A stretch of DNA of 63,843 bases, filler included, from Choristocarpus tenellus KU-1152 (GCA_964200185.2; 14 parts of 14 records of this genome joined end to end with filler, not necessarily neighbours in it); one strand, 5' to 3'. Shown: positions 1 through 12,286, counted from the whole stretch's first letter. The notes: generated by a model from the sequence alone, not told the origin. Numbers and translations: made by a program.

Positions 1-759
1 AATTCAGCTTTCTTTTTCTTTTTTCCGCCCACCCTCCCCCCTTCCCCCCCCCCCCCCCCCCCCCCCAGATACTTCCGCTGGATTCATCATCACGAACATT
101 CCGTCGTTTCCATCCATCTGGTTCTTCTTCTGAACATAATGCCATTCTACCCGTCCCTCAAGCAGACATACATCTGTCCACTTATTTGTGTAACATAATG
201 TGAATTTTTGTCATTGGTTCACGTGAAGTATTTGTTGTAGAACGGAGGGAAACTTCTATAGTCAAGTAGAGGCCGCTTTATTGCGGTATCTCTTGAACAC
301 ATCTTGTTTCCGTTTTTGACGCATGAGTACAGGCACCCTCAAATGAATCCAACTAAACGTTTACACCATTCAGAACAATAGTGACGATGTATATATTCGC
401 ATATAAAATACACTACCAACCGTGACAATGTGTACACTCGCAAGAATGATATCCTCCCCAGGACGAATCAGAGTGAGGAGTGGTCATCATTGGGTTCCTC
501 GTGAAGAGTCGGCCCTGTTGAACATGTAAAAGCCAGCAGTCCCTCAAGCAAAAGCCCAATGTGGGTCAAAACGGTGAGGCCTTCCAATATCAGGAACAAA
601 GACCTTCATATTGTCAGAACAATTTTCAGCTGTCCTTCGGAGATGTGAAAATGTCAACAGAAAAGAACTTCCTCATCTGGGAACATTTTATGTATTGGAC
701 TCTGAGCTAATGCAAACGAGAGGTACGCAGGTTTTTGGCTGTTTAGAATTATAAGGCAT

Positions 760-910
760 TTTAAAAAAAATCTTTCGTAATTCACTCATTTTATATAGAC
801 GAAGTGCTAAGTTTGACTTGAGAATGTTGATTTCTGCTCTTGAAAAATTTCGACACAATTCAGAAAAAATCTTACACACATTGAATATATAGACAATTTT
901 TGCACATATT
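760..910 (-). repeat. AT-rich dispersed repeat, copy 1 (homologous to 45895-46048)
   Basis: The reverse complement AAATATGTGCAAAA...CTCAAGTCAAACTTAG...AAAGATT is colinear with 45895-46048. Confidence 0.7.
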
Positions 911-915
911 TGTCA

Positions 916-1034
916 GACCCAAAGTATCTGGGGGGGGGGGGGGGGGGGGGGGGTACAGAGGCGGGAAGAGCACGGCACAGACCTCCCCCNNNNNNNNNNA
1001 ACTAATGTTGGACGAGATGTTGGTTGGGAAGTAA

Positions 1035-1069
<35 letters not shown>

Positions 1070-1217
1070 CTACACCAGAGTGTCCATTTGGTCCATAACC
1101 AGGAAAAGTGTACTTACATTATCCATCCAATGAATGCAACCTAATCACCCAAAATCGCGACATGAAAAAATTGACCCCAATTGGACAACCGCCACCCCTC
1201 CCCAGATATTTTGAGTC
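916..1217 (+). mobile_element. MITE family B (poly-G/poly-C termini); contains an assembly gap
   Basis: Ends are GACCCAAAGTATCTG(n) and (C)nAGATATTTTGAGTC, flanked by TCA/TCA. The interior matches 17124-17310 and 62746-62918. Confidence 0.85.
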
Positions 1218-2768
1218 TCAGCATCCATATAATGCGACTCTGGGTACCTCTCCTTTACTTTGACTCTCTACTCAACATGCCTGGGAGTGCTTGAAGGACA
1301 AGTGCACTTATCACACCCCAAGGTTGAATTTTATGGGTGATGACATCACCTGGGAAATTTAGTTCCTCATCCCCGACCGAGATTTCAGTGGAGTAGAGTC
1401 ATGTATGTACTTCATTTTGCATCAGTCATACATTTTTATGTACAATACGCAACCTTTTTCTGAAGGACAGTACGATGTTGAGGCACATTCCAACCCCCCC
1501 CAAAAAATAACGTCAGGTTTACCCAGAAAGGCTTGACTGCTGGCAAAGAGTGTCTGCTGCTGCACGTAAAAGGCATGAAAATTACTCTCAATGTCATGTT
1601 ACTCCATGGCAATGGGTGGGTATGGCAGCCTGGCAGTTTTACCTGGGTGGTCAGTATGTTCTTGATTGCAAAATCCCTTTGTGTTGGAATCCTCAAAAGC
1701 CTCATAGTAAGATGAAGATTGAACAAATTTTACGGAGTCATTAGTGAATTCTACTCCGGTTTTTCGGACCTGTTCAACCCCATCTGACATCTAAGCTTGT
1801 TTGGTGAGTTATTCTACTCATCTATCAACAAATTTGGATGTCAACTTGATTGCATCAGAAAGGCTGTGTCTTAGCGTGGACATGGTACATGTATTCTGTG
1901 TGATGACATAGGTTAGAAGATCTACCTGAGAGTGTGAGATGTGGTGCCTGGGCACTTGTATTGGGAAAACCTTGATCCCTACCTACTCAGGAACATCTTT
2001 CTCTAGCAACAAATCTTTTGGTTATCCACACCCTGCAGCATTAATTGTTCAGGACAGAGGGTGTTGATCTCACATAGCTTGGCACAAAATATAATTTCAC
2101 TCTTCAGCCTAAGGAACTGCCACAGGCAATGTGTCCCCTATGAGGTGAGGACTGGTGTGAGCGTTTTGTCAGGATTCAAAATTTTGTCGGTCATACCTCT
2201 TGCAATGTCAACAATTCATTGTTGTCAGAGAGACTTCTCCCTACATCTCTCTTCATTGAAGTTGAGAAAATTGAGGAAATTCATGTGAGGAAATTCCTCC
2301 TTGCAAGCTGCACCTGCATTGATTATGTAATATTGCAAGTACTGCTTGTCTTGGAGACGGTATGTCTCCCATAAACCCCATACTCCTTGAGAGCTCTATT
2401 AGAGAGTCATTAAGACAGATACAAAGTAGCAGAGGGACAGGAAAAACTAATTGGGGTGTGTGATTATTGAAGAGATCAAGTCATCGATAGCTCTTCGATT
2501 TTCCTTTTTTTTTTGAATATTACAAAATGGTATTTACTTGCAGGTAGACGTATCGTTTAAGGGCTAAGATTGAGGTCAATGTTCTCATCCCACTCTCATG
2601 ACACACGTGTTACAGAAGTGGTCTATGGTCACCTTTATGAAGGCAGGTCAAATCTTCAAGACTTATTTTCCTTGTCAGTGTCAAGCCACACCTACCATGC
2701 CACATCAGTACCCTCACACATCATTTACACCTCTTGTTGAAGTCCAGTCTAAAAATTGACAACACAAA

Positions 2769-3668
2769 TTACAGGTCCATGAGCTCTGGGAAGTCATTGA
2801 TGGCTTCCTCCCTTGTAAGCACTTCCCATGGCTCCTCTGGGGTCCATAGCACCTCAGCTGCAAGCACATTCTCCCCTTGGTCTGAGACAGCACCCGATGC
2901 CAAGGTCTCAAGGGCATTTCGTAGAGCTGCATTGTGAAACAGACAACAAAGTGCAATGGTCCAGATATTGATTGTAGGAAACATACAGTGAGCTCTACAT
3001 TTTCTTGAGGCAGAAGGTGTATTCTACTTGGTCAGATGAGGTAACACCTCACACTCAAGTCTTTGTAAAAGAAAAGTGCTATTGAAGGCACCGGTGATAA
3101 ATATGTTGATATGGTTGACAAAGGCATGGAACTACTACAGTATCACCTCTATGAGCAACTACTATCAAGACAAAAATTACACAGCAAACTGTGAGCACTT
3201 TGAAGTAAAATACCCAAGAGACTCAGTGCTCCATAATTCCCAATGCCTTCACATAAACTGGAGTTTGCCAAAAGTGCCAATACACACCTGAGATTCCATT
3301 GATGTTGCGCTCCAGGCCCAGCCTCTTGAGTGACTCACCCCGAAGAGCTAGGACAATAGTCACAACCGCCAGTGTGGGCTTCTCAATCATCCCAGCTCCC
3401 ATACCCCCCATGCGGTCCACATTAAGTCCCATGCCATCAACGGATACCCTTGTCTCCCTCTGCATCTTGCTGCGTACACCCATGGAGAGTTGGTTGAACT
3501 TGGACTCAGCCTTGTCTGAGTTCCGGTTACTAAAGTGCTCCATATCACTGGAAGATGCAACCCAGTCCACCTGCTTGCGCAGCAGCTCGAGGCTCACCTC
3601 ACTCACAATGGAAGCCAGTCCACTGCGTGTGTCAGTGTTGCTCCTGGCAGACATCTTATTGAGGGCAC
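2769..3668 (-). CDS. DUF1517 / FLAP1-like protein, last two exons (3288-3668, 2769-2926)
   Basis: Peptides AESKFNQLS, VVTIVLA and C-terminal LAAEVLWTPEEPWEVLTREEAINDFPELMDL* resemble the DUF1517 C-terminus. The GT-AG intron is phase-consistent. Confidence 0.85.
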
Positions 3669-4227
3669 CTGTTGTATATTGAGGGCAGCAAAGAATTAAG
3701 TTAATTAGAAAGAGATGCACAACAGACAGTAGAACAAAAAGAGCAACAGCTTCACAATAGCAGTGCAGTCAGCGTACTTGTTGAAGGACGAAGGGCGTGT
3801 CCCTTAAATGGTGAATGCACGCATAAACCAGTTGCAACACAAATCAGATCACTTCTGGGTTCTCTTCGGCAAAAGCATTGCTAGTCTCCTTAACAGAATA
3901 AAAAAACACAGTTATTTAACCCTTATTTCTATTTTGAAACCATGGCAGGCATGAACCTCAGCACAACCTTTACCATGCTTTGATTCCGGTATTCCAACCA
4001 CAGAGGATACCCATGCATACGCTTAAAAGTAATCCCTATTTCCAAGTAAAAAAAAAATCCTGTATTGAACATAGTGCAGATTTCAAGAGATCACTGCAAT
4101 GTTTACACTCCAATCACAAACTAAGCGATTTACGTTGTGGCTACTATGTTTCAACTTCACCAAACAACCCACCACCCCCCACCCCCCCCCCCAACACCAA
4201 ACACCACCGAAAATCACAAACAAACAA

Positions 4228-4327
4228 NNNNNNNNNNNNNNNNNNNNNNNNNNNNNNNNNNNNNNNNNNNNTTAATTAATTAANNNNNNNNNNNNNNNNN
4301 NNNNNNNNNNNNNNNNNNNNNNNNNNN
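4228..4327. other. Artificial contig linker (N-run, TTAATTAATTAA, N-run); first of 13
   Basis: The same 100-bp spacer with six-frame stops recurs at 7330, 12119, 16991, 21568, 25504, 29011, 32673, 37508, 45421, 48145, 52910 and 57755. Confidence 0.98.
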
Positions 4328-4384
4328 ATCTCAAAAAAACGGACGTCCCCTCACAAACCACCCCCCCCCCAGATACTTTGACCC
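4328..4384 (+). mobile_element. MITE family C right end at contig start
   Basis: AAACGGACGTCCCCTCACAAACC(C)nAGATACTTTGACCC matches the right end of 33869-34047. Confidence 0.85.
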
Positions 4385-4399
4385 AGTGTTGAGTCATGC

Positions 4400-5100
4400 C
4401 GACATCAAGGGAATATTATCAGGGGACACTGTAAGTCGTCAATATTTACGTGAAGAGGTTGCCTGTTGTGAAATTTAGCCTATAGGATGCAATGTCACCC
4501 AGGCACATCCTGGACCTGGTAGGGTGCACAATGAACGGGTATGAGTTGTCTTCCTGTGCTTGATCCACATACAAAAGCAGTTCTACCTCCAGCAGAAGAA
4601 AGGTTGGGCATAAACACAGGGCACTTCCTCGTCCCACCTCCATGGCTGCCACTCCTAGGTCCAGACACACCCTGGTACTGGGAAAGGCCACTTAAGGGCC
4701 AAAATCTTGTGATCACTGGGGTTAGGGTCAAGGCTGATACTGCATGTACAGCTGCACCTGCCATCCTCTTGTGCGAGCAAGGACAATACCATTTCATCAG
4801 TGAACTGGCAGTGTTTTAACTCCCGTCCCTCCCATTGGTCCCGAGCAAGGCAGGCATTTGTCCCAGTAATCCCAAATATTATGGGAAATACCCCATGTCA
4901 CCGGCATTTGGTCTGCCAGACATGCTCATGAGCAAGAGAGGACTGCCTATGATGATTGTGGACGTCAGTTGAACGGCGTTGCAAACGTAATTCTCCACCG
5001 CACCCCTTGGATGTTTCACCTCTTTGTAGTATGTTTAGTTGAACTATTTTCTGTGTGCCTCGGGCATGCGTTGTTATGAGGTTTCTCTGCAATAATTGCT
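4400..5100 (-). mobile_element. Degenerate Ty1/copia-like integrase remnant
   Basis: Stop-riddled fragments: SKGCGGEL resembles SDGGGEF, and VELLLYVDQAQ resembles the post-integrase CFYVG motif. The similarity is weak. Confidence 0.3.
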
Positions 5101-5552
5101 GTCCCGCAAGTGCTCACAACGATATTGTACTTCCCATTTACCGTGTCATTCTACACACACAGTAGTAGTGTCTTAAAGATGAGCAAAGATCATCAGCAAT
5201 ACAACCTTATCTTCCATGGCTTTGGCCTGCACTTCAGCGTTCAGTTTGATATGATCACCGTGTTCTCGGGTCAGAAAAATATTTGGATATTGGTTGTGAA
5301 AATGCTTGTGAGCCTCACAACTGGTAACACCCATTGCTATTCCTATAGTGTGGGCTTTGCAATTGCTCACACAAACTACCTACGAATCACGTACTTTGTT
5401 GTCTTTAATACGACAAGTGCACCTAGGACAGAAAAGCTATCACTGGGTATGAATTAGCCAATATAACTTGTACAAGTTAAAAAACATATTGTTTTTACTA
5501 CATATCGATACACTGGTAGGTACGTCCTACTAAAAACAAGATACTTTTTCCT

Positions 5553-5681
5553 GGGTCAAAATATCTGGGGGGGGGTGCCGGCGTCCGTTTTTTACCCTTC
5601 TTTTTCGATTTTCGATTTTTTTGGTGTGATTTGGTCGTACGTGTCGGATTTGAAATGTCAGCAAAGAAAAGAAGACTGTTG
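5553..5681 (+). mobile_element. MITE family C left end, continuing into unrelated longer sequence
   Basis: GGGTCAAAATATCTG(n)...GTGTCGGATTTGAAATGTCAGCAA is nearly identical to about 33869-33990. Confidence 0.85.
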
Positions 5682-7165
5682 GTTAAGTTCCTTTCTGTCC
5701 TTGCGTACGCAAGAGGAACGGGAATATATTCCACCAATTAAGTGGGTCTGGTTAAGAGTTTCGACGTTTGCATGTGTCGGATTTCGAGTCTGTTCAAACA
5801 GGCTTATTGGTTATGTATGTTGGTCGTACAGTTAGGATGAAGAATAAGAGATATGGGTTAGGCTGTGACAGGGCTGGATATTGGTTTATTTGGTTGCATA
5901 AGTGGGATTTGGTTAGCACATAAAGAGGGCAACAGGGAGTTCTAAATGAACAGCGAAGACATTACAGGTCAGGGTGCTGCAACACAGCGCAAAAAAACAA
6001 GGTCACATTTTTGGGCCAATCATCCACCCAATAATCAAAAAAGAAATGTTGGACTACAGATAGAAGTGGGTACGAAGGGAAAGGGGGGGGACGATCGTTA
6101 CAAGTGTCCATTCCTTCGCATCTAGCATTAGCTACTGATATCTTTGCAGAGCAGAGCGAATAAGTTGCACAGGACTACTTTTTGGGGCCGAGATCGAAAA
6201 TGAAGAACCGGCATCATGTGGGTCAAGTGTTTCTAGTTTTGTTTTTCAATATTTTTTGGAATACTCTTTAATATTGTTGTTTTTTTACACTCATTTTTGT
6301 AATGCATGTTAGTGAATTGTGAGGTCCTTAAAGAGATTGGTGCGGGTACCTCCCCTCCCTGGGTACCTCCTCTCCCTGGGTAGTTTCCCTATGGTTGGCA
6401 GAAAATGGTAAATATCACATCCTCTACTACTAGACAGTGAGCTGCGAGATCTGTTCACCTTTCCATGATGATGCTGCCGAAAGGGATCATTTTGGGGGTA
6501 CTTACCTTTGCTTGCGCCCAGTGCCACACATGCGGCTGGTGAGTATCCCTCAGGAATATTTGGCTTGGTTTACACTCAATGCCTCAATCGACCGATGATC
6601 TTTAGTAGTGTTGTGCCCTTTGAGGCAACAATTACTCAAAGAGGTTTTTCCAGTGACATAAGATGTGTCAGGAGACAGCTCTCTGGTGGTGTCATTGGTG
6701 CCTCTCATGTTAAAGATTTGTATTATTGGAATGACAGGTTGTTCGTTCATATGACTTTGCTCAATTCTGAGTTAACCGACCCTATACCTAGCCACAAATG
6801 CTATGGACTCCATAACTTTGATTTTCTCTTTTTTCATCCATAACAGTTGAGACTGGACATAAGTGGACCTCATGGCACTTGAAACAATATTGGCAAACAG
6901 AGGGTATTATTTGTTTAGAATAAATATGGCTTACAGGAATAACTGGCTGGGGCTCGACTTTGTGTGTAATTTGAGAGAAGTCGAAATGGAGATGAGTCCA
7001 TGACATCCCAGGGGGCTAACAACAGTCCCACATGGTGAGCTGAGTTATCTCTCCAGTTTGAAGAGACAGGGTAGGACATCCATTTTACAAAATCTTCTGC
7101 AAGCTTACCATGATCGGTGGGATGTTGTGTAGGTCCAATCCATAAGGTTGTATATGTGGATCATG

Positions 7166-7329
7166 TGTTACAGGCGAATAACGCGAGTATTTCTTCCCGC
7201 GCTTAGACTAGCGCGAGCAGCATACATGCGTGGGGAACCCCAAAAGGGGGAACTCCGATTCATCTAAAAGTTGCAGAATAAACTGGAACTCGGGTAGTTG
7301 CAGAGGGTGATGAATGAATGGTCGGAAAG
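7166..7329 (+). repeat. LTR-like dispersed repeat starting TGTTAC (copy 1)
   Basis: TGTTACAGGCGAATA...GGAACCCCAAAAGGGGGAACTCCGATT...GTTGCAGA is homologous to the reverse complement of 33601-33716. Confidence 0.6.
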
Positions 7330-9210
7330 NNNNNNNNNNNNNNNNNNNNNNNNNNNNNNNNNNNNNNNNNNNNTTAATTAATTAANNNNNNNNNNNNNNN
7401 NNNNNNNNNNNNNNNNNNNNNNNNNNNNNCCACCCCCAGATACTTTGAGCCTTTTTATCTTGTCGCTGGCGGGTCTCGTTATCCCCTATTATACAGAACT
7501 TGGTCATTCTCACTATGTTCCCTCATGCATTTGAAACATTTTGGGGGCTGGCAAATGACAACCCCCTCTCCCATAAAAGCATCTAGGCACATGTGGACGG
7601 TGTACTGGTCCCTAACAGTTGCCAAGAGCTAGAATAGATGAAAGACAGACTATTGTTATCAAAATATGAAGTGAAACATGCAGTGAGGGCATCATTGATG
7701 TCGTAGGTACTGTGCCATGATTGGTTTCACAATTTGATTGAGAGACGTTAAATCTTGTCACTCTGACAGACACAGTACTAAAGAAGAGGAGTTGACGAAG
7801 ACAGTATGCTGAAAATGAGCTCACTTCCATCCTGGACTGGTTGGTGGAGCCCAGTCACATATGGATTGCTTGTTCAGAGGGGAAAGTGGAGTAGTGTACA
7901 CTTCGAAAAGTCGAATGCAAACTACAGAAAGATGATAAGGCAGTGTGGAGTCTGTACGTAGGATGTCAACAATGAAAGAATGACCAAAGGATATGAAAAT
8001 TGATGAAAAAATGTCAATAGCTGAGTAAGTCCGAAAGTTTACGAAATTGTTCAAGCAACACTGAATTGTAGCAATGAGAATGGACGGAGAAATAATATGT
8101 GCAACTATAACAAATCGCATGTAGGCAACAGAATGATACGGCCTGACAGGAACTCATGTTGATGGTGTTTTGCTTGCATTCTTTTGAAACCTCAAGAAGT
8201 AGGAAGGCTATATTCCTTTGTAGTGTGGATGTGGAAGAATGGAGTGACCAATATCGTCGCCTCATAACTTGTGGCACATGCTCACAGAAACGTTCCCCAA
8301 GCTCTTGGGTTGGTGGAAGGTGGAAGACGGACACCGTTTCGAAAGTTTCGAGGAGATGATGAGGAGGAACGTTCAATGTAAGATCTAGAGTTGAGCATCA
8401 TCCGTTGTGCAACATTTCACGGATACTAGGTGAATGAGTGTGAACCACGTTGTTTCTTAGTCTGAATAGATGTTCAGTCTTAAGGTTGCACTAATCTGTT
8501 GTGAAGACAATTGACGACAAGACATCGAAGAGTCTCACAACTACAACACCAACATACATATACGAGGAAGAAGACATCTAACTAGATAAGGACACTAACA
8601 AAACTGATCGAAGTACAATGAAGAAATCAATTCAATCTTTCAGAAAATCTCCACTTTGATTTTGTCCTCTCGTCTCACACAAACGATCAGTTAGGTAGAT
8701 TGAAAACACACAAAATGCATTTATTACGACCCAACTGTCACAGCAAATGCGACACTTTCAAAATTTTCAAGACATGATACTCTTGGTGATTTGCCTCACT
8801 CGTTTTTTCTACCACCACAACAAAGGACCCTGCTACCGATTTGCTGGATACTATCCTCGGACTAACCTCCAAACTTTCCTGCGACTGTGCTCTAGACGTC
8901 ATCGTTCACACCCCAAGTTTACCCGACCCTCAAAAAGCGACCAAACTTCAGTACATCCTCTGATAACACTATATAAAATGCGAAGGGGTTGAATGTATCC
9001 AACTTTAGACCACCACCCAACACCTCACCCATTATATGATCACCCAAAAAACACACAAACATTGGATTTTGTGCTGCATTCGAAAATCCAAAGGAGGGTA
9101 AAAATGAAGACAATAGCTTTTAAATCGTAATTTGCGTACATCTTAACAACTTCGAAACACTGAAAACCGCTTTAAATGAATGAAAAAGTCCTAAATCGCC
9201 TAAATATTCA

Positions 9211-9265
9211 AGGCCCCAAATGGACAAACAGAGCAAAAATCGTACCCTCTTAGATACTTTGGCTC
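9211..9265 (-). mobile_element. Family A-type terminus of a longer element extending leftwards
   Basis: CCCCAAATGGACAAACAGAGCAAAAATCGTACCCTCTTAGATACTTTGGCTC is the reverse complement of the family A left end. The interior then diverges. Confidence 0.75.
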
Positions 9266-9397
9266 ATTCGGATGTTAACCTATGACGATGCTGTACAATG
9301 ATGTAATTGCTTGCCTGTGTGTTCGTCACTGGTGTTCAGGGTAACGACCTCAGAGTATTTGATGATGTTCAGGTATTGTGTACCCTCCTCCATATCC

Positions 9398-10822
9398 TCA
9401 CTCAACACGAGGTCCCTTTTCACCTGTGGATTTTATGGGTTACATTAATGTGCCTGATCAGGGCGTTTATTGTCAGGTGACTTGAGACGAACTGAAATGC
9501 GGTGGAGAGATGAGATGATGAACCTCACACATAGTTGAGCACCTCGTTGCTGAGGATGTTTTTTTTTTACAGGAGAACCCTCTGCTGAAGACCCTGCTGA
9601 TGAGTCATCGGTGTAGAGGTCTATCCCGAGCTTGTCTTTCCTTTTTAGGTCGTTCATAACTTGAATGGCGACCTCCAGGACGGCCCCCTTGATGAGTGTA
9701 TCCCTTGTGTGCATACGTCTCATGTATGCCGATTGAACTTTCCAGGGTTGAGACGCCCACTCCTCCTCCGCCTGGGCGGCAGACGCCGTGTCTGGATCGC
9801 CGACTCCTCCTCTATTCTTCTTCCCCTTTCCTCTTGTCTTCTTCTTTCCTTTGTCCTGGTCGGCCGGGGGCCCTTTGTTCCGGACGCCCCTAAGAGTGTG
9901 GGAGAACTGTCATGGAGAAGCACATGGGTGGTGAAACGGTAAGTACCATGGATGACATTAGTGTCTGTCTCGCGAGGCACGAACTAGACGGTAAACCTTG
10001 CGGCTGTTGCAGGGTCAGGAGGGGGGTATATGCATATACATCCATACGTTACTTGAATTGTCACAGTCAAAATCGACTTACCCATTCCTCTGGAAATGTC
10101 TCCGTCCCGACAACATACATCAACGAGAACGTGTCAGTAGGCAATTTTTTTGCAGCCTGTTCTGAGAAGACGAGGGCAGCCACCTCGACAATGTCGCGCC
10201 AGCGATGGCCTTGGGGAGTGTCCCCTCTAAGGATGGCTAAGCCGGCTCCAGCGAGGACATTCTTGCGAAATACTGCTCCTTGACCTCGTCCCTGAGCAAT
10301 ATGTATGTCAAATGTGCGATGGTGTGCCGTTAGGAGACCGATAAAGAACGAGCTTTGAGGATGTGGAGGATTTAGGGTTAGCAGTGTATCTATCAGAGAA
10401 CGATTACGAGGGAATGCGCGTAGCGCAGAAGAACCTTATGGACTTGGGGTTCTTTGGAAACTGATGGCCTTTACCGTTCGACAGAACACATCAAGAGTGA
10501 AAGTATCCTACAGGGTTCGATTTTTGCCCTATTTGTCCATTTGAGGCTTGGCTTCCCTTAGGGTTATTATGACATTTTCCCACTCCAAAGTATTATGGAG
10601 TAGGTAAAATGTATACGTTATGAAAAGGTGTGTCGGGAACAGGGATATTGACACCTCCTAACAAACACGATANNNNNNNNNNCCAAAATTACATCAAAAT
10701 CGCAACATTGGATTTTGGCCCCCAAATGGACGCGGCTCTACCCTCCAATATACTCTGCACCCAAATTCCTTCATTACTGTCTTCCCTAAGTCAAGTGTGG
10801 CGGCGTCGTGTAGGGACAACAT
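9398..10822 (-). pseudogene. Orphan multi-exon gene with an upstream exon interrupted by a MITE (exons 10475-10822 split, 10082-10291, 9543-9906, 9398-9423)
   Basis: Phase-consistent GT-AG joins give ...KEFDVFCRT|GRGQGAVF...FPEEW|FSHTLRGVRNKGPPADQDKGKKK...QQR|GEKGPRVE*. The frame is restored by removing 10495-10764. Confidence 0.55.
10495..10761 (+). mobile_element. MITE family A (diverged copy), TSD CAA
   Basis: Ends are GAGTGAAAGTATCC and TACCCTCCAATATACTCTGCACC, with CAA on both sides. Confidence 0.9.
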
Positions 10823-11129
10823 AGTTGGGAATGTTTACCCCACCATCAACCTGTAGGTGTGTGTGAACCCCCCGCTGTTCTTGAGGGACTCGATGGCAGC
10901 GTCCGGGTTAGCTTACCACAGCATAGTGAACATGTGGACCGCTCTGAAGTCGGATTAGTCCTAGTCAGGTGTGCGTTGGGTGTGTGGAGGATAAGGTGAC
11001 ATGATCAGGACAGAAGAACGTGGGAGTGAGTCTATTCACACCGGCTTCCATATATGTGTCGACCTCCCAAGCTTCTTTGAGGAATGCCTTTATCTTTGCA
11101 GCTACCTCCTCTTAACAGCTGTCTGTAAC

Positions 11130-11500
11130 GCGGAGTCAGCACCCCGGAAGTCTATGTCACCTAGACAGTACTGGTTGCACTTGGGCATGTCGGCTTTGAA
11201 GTCGCTTATGTTCTTCCATCTTGAGCACAGGGAAAAGGCTGCCCACTCAGGATCTCCGCAAGCCTATCGGCGGCGACCTGTGGGTCCAGCCCCAGCTTCG
11301 AGAAAATAGACTCCATTCTATCGTTGTCAAGAAGGTTGGCGTTGTATCTCTGTGTCAAGAAGTCAAATGTGGCATGGTCCATGGTACACGTCGCGCTGAG
11401 GTTCGACGTTATCAGGTCTGTGGTCTTTTGATGTTCAAGAGTCCCTGGGCCTCCAGCCGGCTGTCTGTGAAGGTAGAGGTGAAAATGTTAGGACAATGGT
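11130..11500 (-). mobile_element. Degenerate non-LTR (RTE-like) retroelement 3' remnant
   Basis: Broken frames contain KLGLDPQVAADR (cf. A.DR..WR) followed by a CxxC-type fragment. Confidence 0.3.
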
Positions 11501-11657
11501 GTCAGCAAAGGAGAATGACATCGACGTAGGGGTGGATGCTATGGTTAGCCGAGCACAGCAAGGGTGTCTTTATACAAACAGTGATGGGCTATGTGATTAA
11601 TGATGACGGGATCTGTACGGAATGCAGGGTTTGTGTCCATGCGTGGGCTATGCAAAC

Positions 11658-11917
11658 GAGTGAAAGTATCTTAGAGGGTACGAGTTTTTCCCTGTTTGTC
11701 CAATTGGGGCTTGGCTTCCCACGGGTTTTTACTGACATTTTATCTACTCCAAAATGTTTCGGAGTAGGTAAAATGTATAGGTGATGAAAAGGTTTGTCCG
11801 GAACAAGGATATTGGCATCTCCTAACAACCATAATAGCCAAAATTACATCAAAATTGCAACATTGGATTTTGGTCCTCAAATGGACGTGGCTCTTACCCT
11901 CTAAGATAATTTGGTTC
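11658..11917 (+). mobile_element. MITE family A, full copy
   Basis: TIRs are GAGTGAAAGTATCTTAGAGGGTA and TACCCTCTAAGATAATTTGGTTC. Flanks are AAAC/CAAC. Confidence 0.95.
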
Positions 11918-12220
11918 CAACATTAGGGGCCATTAGAGCAGCCAAGCTCTTCCACATGATCTCAGGCCTTTTGCTGGCAAATGATGGAAAGTTCTTGAGG
12001 GAGGAAAGGTTTGCCCGGGTAGCTTCAGGGAACATCCAAGAGCTAGTCACATGGCTACTAGAAAGATCCCAGAGGACAAATAGACGCAGAGAGGCCCCTG
12101 GAGAGGACCCTAAATCCCNNNNNNNNNNNNNNNNNNNNNNNNNNNNNNNNNNNNNNNNNNNNTTAATTAATTAANNNNNNNNNNNNNNNNNNNNNNNNNN
12201 NNNNNNNNNNNNNNNNNNGG

Positions 12221-12286
<66 letters not shown>

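Noticed and set aside
1450-2500. Possible decayed MULE transposase (MTD...HCLW on the minus strand)
   Set aside because: There is only one weak motif among many stops, which is not supportable without a profile search.
4228-4327. Regularly recurring TTAATTAATTAA palindrome
   Set aside because: It is an artificial six-frame-stop linker embedded in Ns, not biology and not a CRISPR-like repeat.
9948-9996. Extra exon with an in-frame TAA (possible readthrough or recoding)
   Set aside because: A direct 10082-to-9906 splice gives an open frame without it.
11658-11917. MITEs acting as introner elements that create new introns
   Set aside because: Their ends are not splice sites, and the copies lie inside existing introns or disrupt exons.
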